64,000 nt of DNA from Pseudomonadota bacterium (GCA_021781835.1 JAJXWD010000002.1:21288-85287); one strand, 5' to 3'; counted from the stretch's first letter, positions 38,408 to 48,979 are shown. Notes: generated by a model not told the origin, from the letters alone. Made by a program: numbers and translations.

Positions 38408-40333
38408 ATGCCGGTTATCACCCTGCCTGACGGTTCACAGCGCCAGTTTGACGGTGCGGTGACGGGCACCCAGCTCGCCGAGGCGATTGGCCCCGGGCTC
38501 AAGCGCGCCGCGCTGGTGATGGAGGTTAACGGCCAGCCAATGGACATGAGCCGCGAGATTACCGAAGACGCGGCGGTGAAGTTTGTCACCCGCAAGGACG
38601 AGGCGGCGCTGGAGCTCATCCGTCATGATGCCGCGCATGTGATGGCCGAGGCTGTGCAGGCGCTGTTTCCCGGTACGCAGGTCACCATCGGGCCCGCCAT
38701 CGAGAACGGGTTTTATTATGATTTCGCCCGCAACGAGCCGTTCAAGCCCGAAGACCTGCCGGCCATCGAGGCCAAGATGCGGGAACTTATCGCGGCCAAT
38801 GCGGCGTTTGAGCGCGATGTGTGGAGCCGCGAGCAGGCCATTGGCTATTTCGAGGCCAAGGGCGAGCGCTACAAGGCCGAGCTGATCCGCGATCTGCCCG
38901 CCGACCAGACCATTACGGTCTATCGCCAGGGGGACTGGCTGGATTTGTGCCGCGGGCCGCATTTGCGCTCGACCGGCGATGTGGGCACGGCCTTTAAGCT
39001 GACGAAGGTGGCCGGGGCTTATTGGCGCGGCAATGCCAAGAACCAGATGCTGAGCCGCATTTACGGCACCGCCTGGCGCGACCAGAAGGAGCTGGACGCT
39101 TATCTGCACCAGATCGAGGAAGCCGAGCGGCGGGATCATCGCAAAATCGGCCGGGAGATGGATTTGTTCCATATCCAGGAAGAGGCGGTGGGCAGCATTT
39201 TCTGGCACGCCAAGGGCTGGAAGCTTTATCGCGCGGTGGAGGCCTATATCCGCCGCCGGCTCGAGGCCAATGGCTATGAGGAGGTGCGCACGCCCCAGCT
39301 CGTGGACCGCAAGCTGTGGGAATTGTCGGGGCATTGGGACAAATACCGCAAGAACATGTTCATCGCCGAGGTGGTCGAGGAGGAATCGACGCTCGCGCTC
39401 AAGCCGATGAACTGCCCCTGCCATGTGCAGATTTTCAAGCAGGGGCTGCGCTCTTACCGGCAATTGCCGATCCGCATGGCGGAATTCGGCTCATGTCACC
39501 GCTATGAGCCCTCGGGCGCGCTGCATGGCATCATGCGCGTGCGGGCCTTTACGCAAGATGACGCGCATATTTTCTGCACGGAAGATCAGATCGCCGACGA
39601 GACGGTGCGGTTTGTGGAGTTGCTGGAGAGCGTTTATCAGGATTTCGGGTTTGAGAGCTTCTCGGTCAAATTCTCCGACCGCCCGGACGTGCGCGCGGGC
39701 TCTGACGAGGTGTGGGACCGCGCCGAGGCGGCACTGAAGGAAGCCTGTGAGAAGGCCGGCGTGGCCTATACGCTGAACCCAGGCGAGGGGGCGTTTTACG
39801 GGCCGAAGCTTGAGTTCGTGCTGCGCGATGCCATTGGCCGCGACTGGCAATGCGGCACCATCCAGGTGGATTTTGTGCTGCCCGAGCGGCTGGATGCGGA
39901 ATATGTGACCTCGGAGTCGGGCCGTGCCCGCCCGGTGATGCTGCACCGCGCGATCATCGGCTCGTTCGAGCGGTTTTTGGGCATTCTCATCGAGCAATAT
40001 GCCGGGCGGTTCCCGCTTTGGCTGGCGCCAACCCAGGTGGTGGTGGCCACCATCGTCTCGGATGCCGACGCCTACGCGGCGGAGGTGGCGGCGGCGCTGA
40101 CCAAGGCGGGGGTGAGCGTGGAGCTGGATACGACCAACCAGAAGATCCAGGCCAAGATCCGCGAGCATTCACTGCACCATGTGCCCAATATTCTGGTGGT
40201 GGGGCGCAAGGAAGCCGAGGAGCGCAAGGTGGCGCTGCGCCGGCTGGGCGGTGCCGCGCAGGAGGTGCTGACGCTTGATGAAGCGGTGACGATGCTTCAA
40301 GGCGAGGCCACGCCGCCCGACCTGAAACGCTGA
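38408..40333 (+). CDS. thrS: Threonine--tRNA ligase
   Basis: TGS domain, [33 protein letters not shown] and MLHRAI. Start ATG 38408. Confidence 0.98.
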   Translation: MPVITLPDGSQRQFDGAVTGTQLAEAIGPGLKRAALVMEVNGQPMDMSREITEDAAVKFVTRKDEAALELIRHDAAHVMAEAVQALFPGTQVTIGPAIENGFYYDFARNEPFKPEDLPAIEAKMRELIAANAAFERDVWSREQAIGYFEAKGERYKAELIRDLPADQTITVYRQGDWLDLCRGPHLRSTGDVGTAFKLTKVAGAYWRGNAKNQMLSRIYGTAWRDQKELDAYLHQIEEAERRDHRKIGREMDLFHIQEEAVGSIFWHAKGWKLYRAVEAYIRRRLEANGYEEVRTPQLVDRKLWELSGHWDKYRKNMFIAEVVEEESTLALKPMNCPCHVQIFKQGLRSYRQLPIRMAEFGSCHRYEPSGALHGIMRVRAFTQDDAHIFCTEDQIADETVRFVELLESVYQDFGFESFSVKFSDRPDVRAGSDEVWDRAEAALKEACEKAGVAYTLNPGEGAFYGPKLEFVLRDAIGRDWQCGTIQVDFVLPERLDAEYVTSESGRARPVMLHRAIIGSFERFLGILIEQYAGRFPLWLAPTQVVVATIVSDADAYAAEVAAALTKAGVSVELDTTNQKIQAKIREHSLHHVPNILVVGRKEAEERKVALRRLGGAAQEVLTLDEAVTMLQGEATPPDLKR

Positions 40334-40348
40334 GCGGGGGCAGGGGGC

Positions 40349-40996
40349 ATGGCGTTGAAAATCGCGGTTATCCCGGTCACGGCCTTTCAGCAGAATTGCA
40401 CGGTTTTATGGGATGATGAGAGCAAGCGGGGCGCGGTGGTCGATCCTGGCGGCGATGTCGATGAGATTTTGCGCGTGATTGGCGAGCAGGGCATCGAGGT
40501 TGAGGGGATTTACCTGACCCATGGCCATATGGACCATGCGGGCGGCGCGGCCGAGCTGGCGGAAGCGCTGAGGGTGAGCATCATCGGCCCGGCGGTGGCG
40601 GAGAAATTTCTGCTCGATGACCTGGTTGCGGCCGGGGCGCGCTATGGCATGGCCTGCCGCAACTGCACGCCCGATGCCTGGCTTGAACATGGCGACCGGG
40701 TGGAGCTGGGTGGCGAGGCGTTCGAGGTGCGCCATTGCCCCGGCCATACGCCGGGCTCGGTGGTGTATCTGTGCCACCGGCTCAATATCGGGCTGGTGGG
40801 CGATGTGCTGTTCAAGGGCTCGATCGGGCGGACGGATCTGGGCGCCTATGGCGACCATGAGCAGCTGGTCAATTCCATCCGCACGCAGCTTCTGACCCTG
40901 CCGGATGAGTTTGCCTTCATCAGCGGGCATGGCCCGACCTCGACCATTGGCGCCGAGCGGCGGAGCAACCCGTTTTTGCAAGGGACGTGGGGTTAG
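40349..40996 (+). CDS. MBL-fold hydrolase (YcbL/glyoxalase II-like)
   Basis: FQQNC, THGHMDH, PGHTPG, GDVLF.GSIGRTD and GHGP.STIG.ER..NPF. Confidence 0.92.
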   Translation: MALKIAVIPVTAFQQNCTVLWDDESKRGAVVDPGGDVDEILRVIGEQGIEVEGIYLTHGHMDHAGGAAELAEALRVSIIGPAVAEKFLLDDLVAAGARYGMACRNCTPDAWLEHGDRVELGGEAFEVRHCPGHTPGSVVYLCHRLNIGLVGDVLFKGSIGRTDLGAYGDHEQLVNSIRTQLLTLPDEFAFISGHGPTSTIGAERRSNPFLQGTWG

Positions 40997-41003
40997 AAAA
41001 GCT

Positions 41004-41675
41004 TTATTCCGGGTCGATGTCGATCCAGGAGAGATGCCCGCCTTTGCCCGCGCCCGTATCGAGCATGATGGCCGTGCCGCCCGCGCGGCCGGTGCGGACA
41101 TAGGGGCGGCCATCGGTCGAGCGTTGGTCGTGCCCGGCATAGACGGTCATGCCTTCGGGGATGTCGTCGATCCAGCGGAGCAAACGCTCGGGCCTGCCCG
41201 TGCCGGTGACGCGCCCGGTGGTCTGGCCATAGAGGGCAAAGGCCGCGAGCGGGCCAGGACGGCCAGGGGGGAAGGCCGCGCGGGGCAGCTCCAGCATGCC
41301 ACGCTGAAAGGCGCCATGGACGAAAAACAGCGGCCCCAGGGACAGCCAGAGCGGCGCGGCGCAGATGGCCTCGTAGGTGCGGGCGCGCATGTCTTCGGGC
41401 AGTTCGGCTATGGTGCGGGCGGTGGGGCCGTTGCGTACATTGTCGCCGCGCAAGGCGCGGGCGAGCTTGTATTCATGGTTGCCGAGCAAAAACAACCCGC
41501 GCTTTTCAACGATCAGACGAAACATGATGCGCAGCGCGCCCGGCGTGTCTGGCCCATCATCGACCAGATCGCCGAGCTGGATGACGAAACGGTCTGTCTC
41601 CGCGGCAACGGCGAAGGCACGGGAATCACCGTGGACATCACCGATGACACGCAGCTTCGCGCCGGGGGGAATCAT
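41004..41675 (-). CDS. Calcineurin-like metallophosphoesterase, Pnkp-phosphatase/PrpE-like
   Basis: GDVHG, GDLVDDGP, GNHE, VHG, ALYGQTTG, AGH and LDTG.GKGG.LS. Confidence 0.85.
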   Translation of the reverse strand: MIPPGAKLRVIGDVHGDSRAFAVAAETDRFVIQLGDLVDDGPDTPGALRIMFRLIVEKRGLFLLGNHEYKLARALRGDNVRNGPTARTIAELPEDMRARTYEAICAAPLWLSLGPLFFVHGAFQRGMLELPRAAFPPGRPGPLAAFALYGQTTGRVTGTGRPERLLRWIDDIPEGMTVYAGHDQRSTDGRPYVRTGRAGGTAIMLDTGAGKGGHLSWIDIDPE

Positions 41676-41789
41676 TGCGGCGCCTGATCGTTAGGAGGCC
41701 TGGGCATTACAACTTTGAGATGGGCTATCGGCCGGCATATCGCAAGGAAATCAACGCAAAATTCACGATACTTAACGAAAAAGTGAAGA

Positions 41790-43190
41790 TCAGCCCTTGA
41801 GCATGGCAAAAGCGGCCAGGGCGCGGGCGCGGCCTTCGGCCAGCTCTGCTTGAGGGCGCGGATAGGTTGTGCCGAGCCTCACCCCGGCCGCCGCCAGCAC
41901 GCTTGGCGGTGCCAGCCAGGGCGCATGCAGGCAGGCGTTGGGCAGGCGGGCCAGCTCGGGCACGAAGCGGCGCACATACTGTCCCTCGGGGTCGAATTTC
42001 TGGCCCTGCAGCACGGGGTTGAAAATGCGGAAATAGGGGGCGGCATCGGCCCCGCAGCCAGCCACCCATTGCCAGGACGCGCCGTTGGCGGCCTCGTCGG
42101 CATCGACCAGCGTGTCCCAGAACCAGGCTTCGCCGGCCTGCCAGGGGATGAGCAGATGCTTGACCAGATAGGAGGCGCAGATCATGCGCACGCGGTTGTG
42201 CATCCAGCCGGTCCGCCACAGTTCGCGCATCCCGGCATCGACGATGGGGACACCCGTGCGCCCGCTCTGCCACGCCTGGAGGGCGGATGGATCGGGCTGC
42301 CAGGGAAAATGCTCGAATTCCGGGCGGATGGGGCGGGTGCGGAGCGTGGGGTGCTGCCAGAGCAGATGCAGGGAGAATTCCCGCCACAGCAGCTCCTTGA
42401 GAAACGTCGCCGTGCCTTGGCCCTCGGCCTGGGTGGCGGCGTGCCAGAGGCGGCGGGGCGAGATCTCGCCGAAATGGATGTGGGGGGAGAGTTTGGAGGT
42501 GCCGGGGCGGCCGGGCAGGTCGCGCGCCGTGGCGTAGGCGGCCATGGGGCCGGCCAGAAACGCATTCAGACGCTGCTGGGCGCCAGCCTCGCCCGGCTGC
42601 CATTCGGCGCGCAGGCCGCCTGCCCAGTCCGGGCGGGTGGGCAGCAGCGCCCAGCTGGCCAGATCATCGCCCGGGGCCTGCACGCCCTGAATGCGCGCGG
42701 GGCGCGGGCAGGCATCATCGGGGATGCCGGCTTCCTGGCAGGCTTTGGCGAAGGGGGTGAAGACCCCGTAAGGGGTGCCGGTTTTGGTGAGGATGCGCTC
42801 GGGCGCGAACAGCGAGAGCGACTGGTGGCGGTGCAGCGCGATGCCGTGGGTTTTGAGAGACGCGTCCAGCGCCCGGTCGAGGGCACGGTGGGCGGGCTCG
42901 AAGGCGCGCGCGACATGCACGGCCCCGGCCCCAATTTCGGCGGCCAGGGCGGGGATGACCGCCAGCGGCTCGCCCCGGCGCAGGATGAGATGGCCGCCCA
43001 GCGGCTCAATTTCGCGGGACAGGGCGGTGAGCGACTGGTGCAGCCACCAGCGGCTGGCGGCGCCGGCGCGCTCATCGAGCACATAAACCAGCGCCACGGG
43101 GCCACCGGCCGCGCAGGCGGCGTGCAGGGCGGGATTGTCGGCCAGGCGCAGATCGCCCCGGAACCACATAAGCCTGACGGGTTGGCTCAT
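41790..43190 (-). CDS. phrB: Class I CPD photolyase
   Basis: WFRGDLRLADNPAL, TSKLSPHIHFGEIS, WREF, GRTGVPIVDAGMRELW.TGWMHNRVRM and WQWVAGCG.DA.PYFRIFNP. Confidence 0.95.
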   Translation of the reverse strand: MSQPVRLMWFRGDLRLADNPALHAACAAGGPVALVYVLDERAGAASRWWLHQSLTALSREIEPLGGHLILRRGEPLAVIPALAAEIGAGAVHVARAFEPAHRALDRALDASLKTHGIALHRHQSLSLFAPERILTKTGTPYGVFTPFAKACQEAGIPDDACPRPARIQGVQAPGDDLASWALLPTRPDWAGGLRAEWQPGEAGAQQRLNAFLAGPMAAYATARDLPGRPGTSKLSPHIHFGEISPRRLWHAATQAEGQGTATFLKELLWREFSLHLLWQHPTLRTRPIRPEFEHFPWQPDPSALQAWQSGRTGVPIVDAGMRELWRTGWMHNRVRMICASYLVKHLLIPWQAGEAWFWDTLVDADEAANGASWQWVAGCGADAAPYFRIFNPVLQGQKFDPEGQYVRRFVPELARLPNACLHAPWLAPPSVLAAAGVRLGTTYPRPQAELAEGRARALAAFAMLKG

Positions 43191-43217
43191 TCAGACACCT
43201 CGCGCGGCGTGGGGAAA

Positions 43218-43904
43218 TCAGGCGACTTCGGCGATGCGGCCAAGCTGCTCGAGGGCGAAGGAGAAAAGCTGGTCCTGGCCGAGCAGAAACACGCGCAGGC
43301 CACGGGGGAAAAGCCGGGCGATGGGCTGATCGCGGACATCGGGGCCTTCGGCGGCGCCGGCGAAGGCGGGCAGCACCAGGCGCCGGGAATCGGCTACGAA
43401 ACACGGGCGCGACACCCGCCGCGCCCGCGCGGCGATGCTGGCCTTGGGGCGATGGAACCCGGCGATTTCGATTTCGCGCGGGCCAAGCTGGGCGGCGGGC
43501 TCGTGGCGGAAGGTGAACGGGCCTTCGCGGTGAACGGGGGTGAACTGGCCGGGCAGGAAGTTCGGGTCATGCTCGGCCGCGGTGACCCAGATGAACGGCG
43601 CCTCGCGGGCCATCGCTTCCAGGCGGGCTTTGTCATCCTGGTGCAGGCGGCGGGTGAGGAAGCGGGTGTTGGCCTGCACGCCGAGCAAAATGACCTTGGC
43701 CGGGCGATAGAGACGCACCAGGCGCAACAGCCGCTCGAGCGCCACGCGCGGGTCGGCCGCCGACATCTGGCTGACCGCGACGCCCGCCAGCCGCTCGAGG
43801 CTCAGATCGGCGACGATGAGCACGCGCTTGGCAGGCCAGAACGCCGCGCCCGTGGGATCGAGCATCAGGCGTTCGTCACGGAAATGAATTGGTGCAGCAG
43901 TCAT
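43218..43904 (-). CDS. PdeM (ligase-associated endonuclease/MPE)-like protein with degenerate metal ligands
   Basis: PdeM-like frame (LMLDPTGAAFWP..LIVADL, RP..VILLG, F.FRHEP, PKA.I..R.RRVSRPCF..D..RLVLPAF), but several catalytic His/Asp/Asn are replaced. Confidence 0.75.
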   Translation of the reverse strand: MTAAPIHFRDERLMLDPTGAAFWPAKRVLIVADLSLERLAGVAVSQMSAADPRVALERLLRLVRLYRPAKVILLGVQANTRFLTRRLHQDDKARLEAMAREAPFIWVTAAEHDPNFLPGQFTPVHREGPFTFRHEPAAQLGPREIEIAGFHRPKASIAARARRVSRPCFVADSRRLVLPAFAGAAEGPDVRDQPIARLFPRGLRVFLLGQDQLFSFALEQLGRIAEVA

Positions 43905-44110
43905 GACGCAGGTAAAAGCATAATCCATGCGTTTTCGCCATGAATAAAACTTCTGTTAAACCGATTGGCGGAGGTTTCTGGGGCTGATGGCTTTGTTTTT
44001 CTGAGATTTTTTTGAGTTTGCGCCGGTCGCGCCGCCGTTACTTTCCATAATATAGATTCTGCGATTATTGGCGGTGACAAATCCGGGCGTGGCGGCGGGG
44101 TGTGGCGGAG

Positions 44111-44124
44111 AAATTTCGAAATTT
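44111..44124. promoter_or_regulatory. Perfect 14-bp palindrome, candidate operator
   Basis: AAATTTCGAAATTT about 75 bp upstream of the MFS start. Confidence 0.45.
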
Positions 44125-44200
44125 TACGCCCTGCGCACCGCCGCCATCTTGTGCCCTGTCCGGGCTGCGGCCAAATGGGGCTGGAACCGGGGGGAATGAT

Positions 44201-45397
44201 GTGAAGAATCCGCATAGTTTGGCGTTTCTGGCGTTTTTGGCCTGCCTGGCCGCCTTGCCCCCGTTATCGATCGACATGGCCCTGCCCGCTTTGCGCGAGA
44301 TCGGCGTGAGCCTGCACGCGGCGCCCGGGCTGACGGGGCTGACGCTCAGCCTGTTCATGGCCGGATTTGCCGCGACGCCGGTGATTTATGGCCCGCTATC
44401 AGACCGTTATGGCCGCAAGCCCGTGCTGGCGGTGGCGATTGGCCTGTTCACGCTGGGCAGTTTGGCGGCGGCGATGGCGCCAACCATCGGGTTGCTGCTG
44501 ACCGCGCGCTGCATCGAGGGAGCTGGCGCGGGCGGCGGCACGGCTTTGGCCTTCGCGCTCACCAGGGATTGCTTCGAGGGGGCGGCGGGGCGCTCTAAAC
44601 TATCGCAAATTCAAATGGTTATGGCAATAGCTCCGATGATCGCCCCCACCATTGGCGCGACCTTGCTGGGGCTGGGCTGGCGCTCGATTTACGCCGCCTT
44701 GGGGCTGGGCGGCGTGGCTCTGCTGGGGCTGGTTTTGAGCGCGCTCACGGAAACCAACAAGATGCTGGTGCGCCACAGGGGGCTGTTTGGGCAGGTGCGG
44801 CACGGCTATGCGGTGCTGTTTGGGCACCGCGCGGCGCTGGGCTATGCGCTGATCTATGCCGCCAGCTTCGGCGTGCAGTTTTCCTATGTCGCGGGCTCGC
44901 CGCTGGTGTTCATCAATTTATTCGGCTTCTCGGCCAGGCTTTACGGCTTTGTGTTCGCGGCGACGGCGGCGGGCATCATCGCCGGGGCGTTTTCCAGCAA
45001 CGCCTTCACGAGGCTGGGGATTAGCCAGGATAAGGCTCTGCGTTTGAGCCTGAGCCTGTATCTCGTCACCGGTTTCGCGCTGCTGGGGCTGTTGCAGGCG
45101 GGCATGGCCACGCCTGCCCTGTTTGTGCCCCTGCTGGTGCTCTCGGCCTATGGCTATGGCATCACGGCGCCCAATGCCTCGCACGGGACCATGCACGCCC
45201 TGCCCGAGATTGCCGGCATCGCCGGCGCGGTGCTGACCACGCTGCAAATGTCCACCGCCGTGCTGGCCAGCGCCGTGGTGGCGGCGGCGTTCGCGCATTT
45301 CGCGATTGCCGCCATGGTGGTGCCGATGGTGGGTTTTGGGCTGTTGACCAACGGGCTTTATTATTTTCTGGTACGTCCGGCGGTAAAACATGGATGA
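44201..45397 (+). CDS. Bcr/CflA-family MFS efflux transporter
   Basis: PLSIDMALPAL, GPLSDRYGRKP, ..RD.F and FSYVAGSP.VF; 12 TM segments. GTG start after a G-rich SD. Confidence 0.92.
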   Translation: MKNPHSLAFLAFLACLAALPPLSIDMALPALREIGVSLHAAPGLTGLTLSLFMAGFAATPVIYGPLSDRYGRKPVLAVAIGLFTLGSLAAAMAPTIGLLLTARCIEGAGAGGGTALAFALTRDCFEGAAGRSKLSQIQMVMAIAPMIAPTIGATLLGLGWRSIYAALGLGGVALLGLVLSALTETNKMLVRHRGLFGQVRHGYAVLFGHRAALGYALIYAASFGVQFSYVAGSPLVFINLFGFSARLYGFVFAATAAGIIAGAFSSNAFTRLGISQDKALRLSLSLYLVTGFALLGLLQAGMATPALFVPLLVLSAYGYGITAPNASHGTMHALPEIAGIAGAVLTTLQMSTAVLASAVVAAAFAHFAIAAMVVPMVGFGLLTNGLYYFLVRPAVKHG

Positions 45398-46142
45398 GAC
45401 CCAGATCATACCGGCGGCGACGCTGGTGCTGTATGCGCAAGAAGACGGCCAGACGCGGCATTTGCTGCTCGAGCGGGGGGCAAGCCTGCGCTTTGCCGCC
45501 GGCGCGCTGGTGTTTCCCGGTGGGCGGGTGGATGAGCAGGACCGTGAGCACGCCCCTGCCCTGCCGGGCCTCGCCCCCGATGACGCGGCCGCGCGCGTGG
45601 CGGCCATTCGCGAGACGCTGGAGGAAGCGGGGCTGGCCATCGGCATTTTCCCCCAGCCGGCGGCTTATGTGATCGAGGCGTGGCGCGCGAAGCTGAAGGA
45701 GGGGGTGAAATTCGCCGCCCTGCTGGCCGAAGGCGGGCACGGGTTGGAGCTTGGCGCGCTCACCCCCTTTGCCCGCTGGTGCCCGCGCCACAAGATGAGC
45801 CGCAATTTCGACACCCGCTTTTACGTGGCGCGCTACGATGGCCCGCTGGATGCGGCGGAGGCCGATGGCGGGGAGAGCGTGACGCTGCTCTGGCTTGGCG
45901 CCGCCGAGGCGCTGGCGGAATCGGATGCGGGACGCCACAAGCTGATCTTTCCGACCCGGCGCAATCTGGAGCGGCTGGCCGCGCACCCCACCTATGACGA
46001 GATGCTGGCCCATATCGCCGCCACGCCAATGGCCACCATCACCCCGGAAATCAAGGAAATCAACGGTGAGATGCGGCTCGTCATCCCCGAGGGGCTGGGC
46101 TATCCGGTGGTTTCGGCGCCCGCTTCCGAGGCGGCCGCATAG
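45390..46142 (+). CDS. NUDIX hydrolase (NUDT19-like, split Nudix box)
   Basis: VFPGGRVD..D, AAIRETLEEAG, FARW.P, RNFDTRF and IFPTRRNL. Confidence 0.88.
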   Translation: MDETQIIPAATLVLYAQEDGQTRHLLLERGASLRFAAGALVFPGGRVDEQDREHAPALPGLAPDDAAARVAAIRETLEEAGLAIGIFPQPAAYVIEAWRAKLKEGVKFAALLAEGGHGLELGALTPFARWCPRHKMSRNFDTRFYVARYDGPLDAAEADGGESVTLLWLGAAEALAESDAGRHKLIFPTRRNLERLAAHPTYDEMLAHIAATPMATITPEIKEINGEMRLVIPEGLGYPVVSAPASEAAA

Positions 46143-46190
46143 CGCGCCCCCCTTCCCCATCGGCCCCGCCCGTGGAATAAGCGGGCTTTA

Positions 46191-47117
46191 ATGGCAAGTT
46201 TCAAACATCTGCTCGGGATCGAGGGCCTGAACCCGGTCGCCGTGACCAACCTGCTCGACCTGGCTGAGAGCTATGCGCTGCTCAACCGCTCGGGCAAGAC
46301 GCAGCGTGATCTGCTCCGCGGGCGTACGCTCATCAATCTGTTCTTCGAGGACAGCACGCGCACGCGCACCAGCTTCGAGCTGGCCGGGCGCCGGCTGGGG
46401 GCCGATGTGGTGAACATGTCGGTCGCCACCTCGTCGGTGACCAAGGGGGAGACGCTGCTGGACACGGCGGCCACCCTCAACGCCATGAATTGCGACCTGC
46501 TGGTGGTGCGCCATAACCGCTCGGGCGCCCCTGCCCTGTTGGCGCAGAAAGTCGGCGCCTCGGTGATCAATGCCGGTGACGGCACCCATGAGCACCCGAC
46601 CCAGGCACTGCTCGATGCCCTGACCATGCGCCGCAACAAGGGGCGGATTTCGGGACTGACGGTGGCGATTTGCGGCGATATCGCCCACTCGCGCGTGGCG
46701 CGGAGCAATATTTTGCTGCTCACCATGATGGGCAATTTCGTCCGCCTCGTTGGCCCGCCAACCCTGGTGCCGGGCAATATCGCGACGTCCGGCGTGGAAG
46801 TGTTCCACGACATGAAGAAAGGACTGGAATGCGCTGATATTGTAATGATGCTCCGCTTACAGAAAGAGCGCATGACCGGCGGGCTCGTGCCCTCGACACG
46901 GGAGTATTTTGCCTATTACGGCCTTGATCGTAAAAAACTTTCATACGCCAAGCCGGATGCGCTGGTGATGCACCCGGGGCCGATGAACCGGGGCGTGGAA
47001 ATTGACAGCGCCGTGGCCGACGATGCCGCCCGCTCGCGCATTACCGAGCAGGTGGAGATGGGCGTGGCGGTGCGCATGGCCGTGCTGGACTGGCTCGCGC
47101 GCGGAGGTGTGGTTTGA
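46191..47117 (+). CDS. pyrB: Aspartate carbamoyltransferase
   Basis: [32 protein letters not shown] and HPGPMNRG. Confidence 0.98.
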   Translation: MASFKHLLGIEGLNPVAVTNLLDLAESYALLNRSGKTQRDLLRGRTLINLFFEDSTRTRTSFELAGRRLGADVVNMSVATSSVTKGETLLDTAATLNAMNCDLLVVRHNRSGAPALLAQKVGASVINAGDGTHEHPTQALLDALTMRRNKGRISGLTVAICGDIAHSRVARSNILLLTMMGNFVRLVGPPTLVPGNIATSGVEVFHDMKKGLECADIVMMLRLQKERMTGGLVPSTREYFAYYGLDRKKLSYAKPDALVMHPGPMNRGVEIDSAVADDAARSRITEQVEMGVAVRMAVLDWLARGGVV

Positions 47118-48385
47118 ATATTTTATTTTCAAAAATCAGCTATCTGGATGCTACTTCTCAAGCATTACATGAAGGTGATTTGCTGGTTCAGGATGGCCTG
47201 ATCGCTGATTTTGGCGCCAATGTGGGCCGGCCGGACGGGGCGAAGGTGATCGAGGCGCCGGGCGCGGTGCTGGCGCCGGGGCTGGTGGATTTGCGCGCCT
47301 CGCTGGGCGAGCCCGGCTATGAGTACCGCGAGACCATAGAGAGCGCGGCGGAGGCGGCGGCCTTTGGCGGCATCACCACCATCGCCGTGCTGCCCGACAG
47401 CGCGCCGGTCATCGACGATCCGGCGCTTGTGCATCTCATCACCACCAAGGGCGCGCAGACCGGCAGCCTGACCCTGCTGCCCTACGGCGCGGCCACGCGC
47501 GGCTGCCGGGGCGAGGAGCTGGCCGAATACGGACTGCTGAAAGAGGCTGGCGCCGTGGCCTTTACCGATGGCGCCAAGGCGCTTGGCTCATCGCGGCTCA
47601 TGCGCCTGGCGCTTTCCTACGCGGCCGGGTTTGGGGCGCGGATTGTGCAGCACCCCGAGGATGTGGAGCTGGCCAAGGGCGGGGCCGCCACGGCGGGCGC
47701 GCGGGCAACCTGGATGGGTCTGCCGGCCATTCCCGCCGCCGCCGAGGCGATTTGCGTGGCGCGCGATATCAGGCTGGCCGAGTTGAGCGGTGGCGCGGTG
47801 CATTTTGCCCATGTCACCACCGCCGAGGCCCTGGAGTTGATCCGCCACGCCAAGGCGCGGGGCCTGCGGGTGACCTGCGACACCGCCCCGCCCTATTTCG
47901 ATCTGAACGAAACCGCCATTGGCGATTACCGGACCTATGCCAAGCTCTCGCCGCCCCTGCGCGCGGAGAGTGACCGGCAGGCGGTGCTGGCGGCGCTGAA
48001 GGACGGCACCATCGACGCCATTGCCTCGGACCACCAGCCGCGCGATGCCGACGACAAGCGCCTGCCCTTTGCCGATGCCGCGCCCGGTGGCGCCGGGCTT
48101 GCCACGCTGCTGGGCATTACCCTGGCGCAGGTGCAAAATGGCGCCCTCACCCTGCCCGAGGCGCTGGCCCTGCTGACCGCGAAGCCCGCCGACTGGCTGG
48201 GGATAGAGGCGGGGCGGATCAAACGCGGCGCGCTGGCCGATCTGGTGTTGTTCGACCCCGAGCGCTCATGGCAAGTGCAGTCGGGCAAGCTGCCCGGCAA
48301 GGCGCAGAATACGCCCTTTGACGGCCGCGCGGTCGAGGGTGTGGTGCTGGGCACCTGGAAAGCCGGCAAAAGGGTGTTTGGATGA
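47114..48385 (+). CDS. pyrC: Dihydroorotase-like protein, probably the inactive PyrC' scaffold
   Basis: Amidohydrolase fold ([30 protein letters not shown]), but the HxH zinc motif reads [10 protein letters not shown]. Confidence 0.85.
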   Translation: MNILFSKISYLDATSQALHEGDLLVQDGLIADFGANVGRPDGAKVIEAPGAVLAPGLVDLRASLGEPGYEYRETIESAAEAAAFGGITTIAVLPDSAPVIDDPALVHLITTKGAQTGSLTLLPYGAATRGCRGEELAEYGLLKEAGAVAFTDGAKALGSSRLMRLALSYAAGFGARIVQHPEDVELAKGGAATAGARATWMGLPAIPAAAEAICVARDIRLAELSGGAVHFAHVTTAEALELIRHAKARGLRVTCDTAPPYFDLNETAIGDYRTYAKLSPPLRAESDRQAVLAALKDGTIDAIASDHQPRDADDKRLPFADAAPGGAGLATLLGITLAQVQNGALTLPEALALLTAKPADWLGIEAGRIKRGALADLVLFDPERSWQVQSGKLPGKAQNTPFDGRAVEGVVLGTWKAGKRVFG

Positions 48386-48978
48386 TGATGACCGATCTGG
48401 CCGTTGCGGTTTTTTCGTATCTTCTGGGCTCCATCCCCTTTGGGCTGGTGCTGACCCGACTGGCGGGGCTGGGCGATATCCGCGCCATCGGCTCTGGCAA
48501 TATCGGCGCCACCAATGTGCTGCGCACGGGCAATAAGGGCTTGGCCGCGGCCACCCTGCTGCTCGATGGCGCTAAAGGCACGGTGGCGGTGCTGCTGGTG
48601 GCGCATTTGGCGCATCACGGCGTGTTCATTGCCGGTCTGGCGGTGTTTTTGGGGCATTTGTTTCCGGTGTGGCTGGGCTTCAAGGGCGGCAAGGGCGTGG
48701 CCACGGGGCTTGGCGTGTTTTACGCGCTCAGCTGGCCGCTGGGCGCGCTGTGCTGCCTGACCTGGCTGCTGACCGCGCTTACCTTCCGTTATTCCTCACT
48801 CTCGGCCTTGGTGGCCTATGCGGTGGCGCCGGTGCTGGCCTGGCTGCTCACCGGCGCATGGCCGACGGCACTGCTGGCCCTGCTCATCGCGGTGCTGGTT
48901 TATACCAAGCACAAGGCCAACATCGCGCGGTTGCTGGCGGGCACGGAACCCAAAATCGGCAAGAAAAAGGCCGCATGA
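48382..48978 (+). CDS. plsY: Glycerol-3-phosphate acyltransferase
   Basis: [38 protein letters not shown] and H.ANI.RL..GTE. Confidence 0.97.
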   Translation: MMMTDLAVAVFSYLLGSIPFGLVLTRLAGLGDIRAIGSGNIGATNVLRTGNKGLAAATLLLDGAKGTVAVLLVAHLAHHGVFIAGLAVFLGHLFPVWLGFKGGKGVATGLGVFYALSWPLGALCCLTWLLTALTFRYSSLSALVAYAVAPVLAWLLTGAWPTALLALLIAVLVYTKHKANIARLLAGTEPKIGKKKAA

Positions 48979-48979
48979 G

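Noticed and set aside
41850-43943. 697-aa plus-strand ORF
   Set aside because: Shadow of phrB and the PdeM-like gene.
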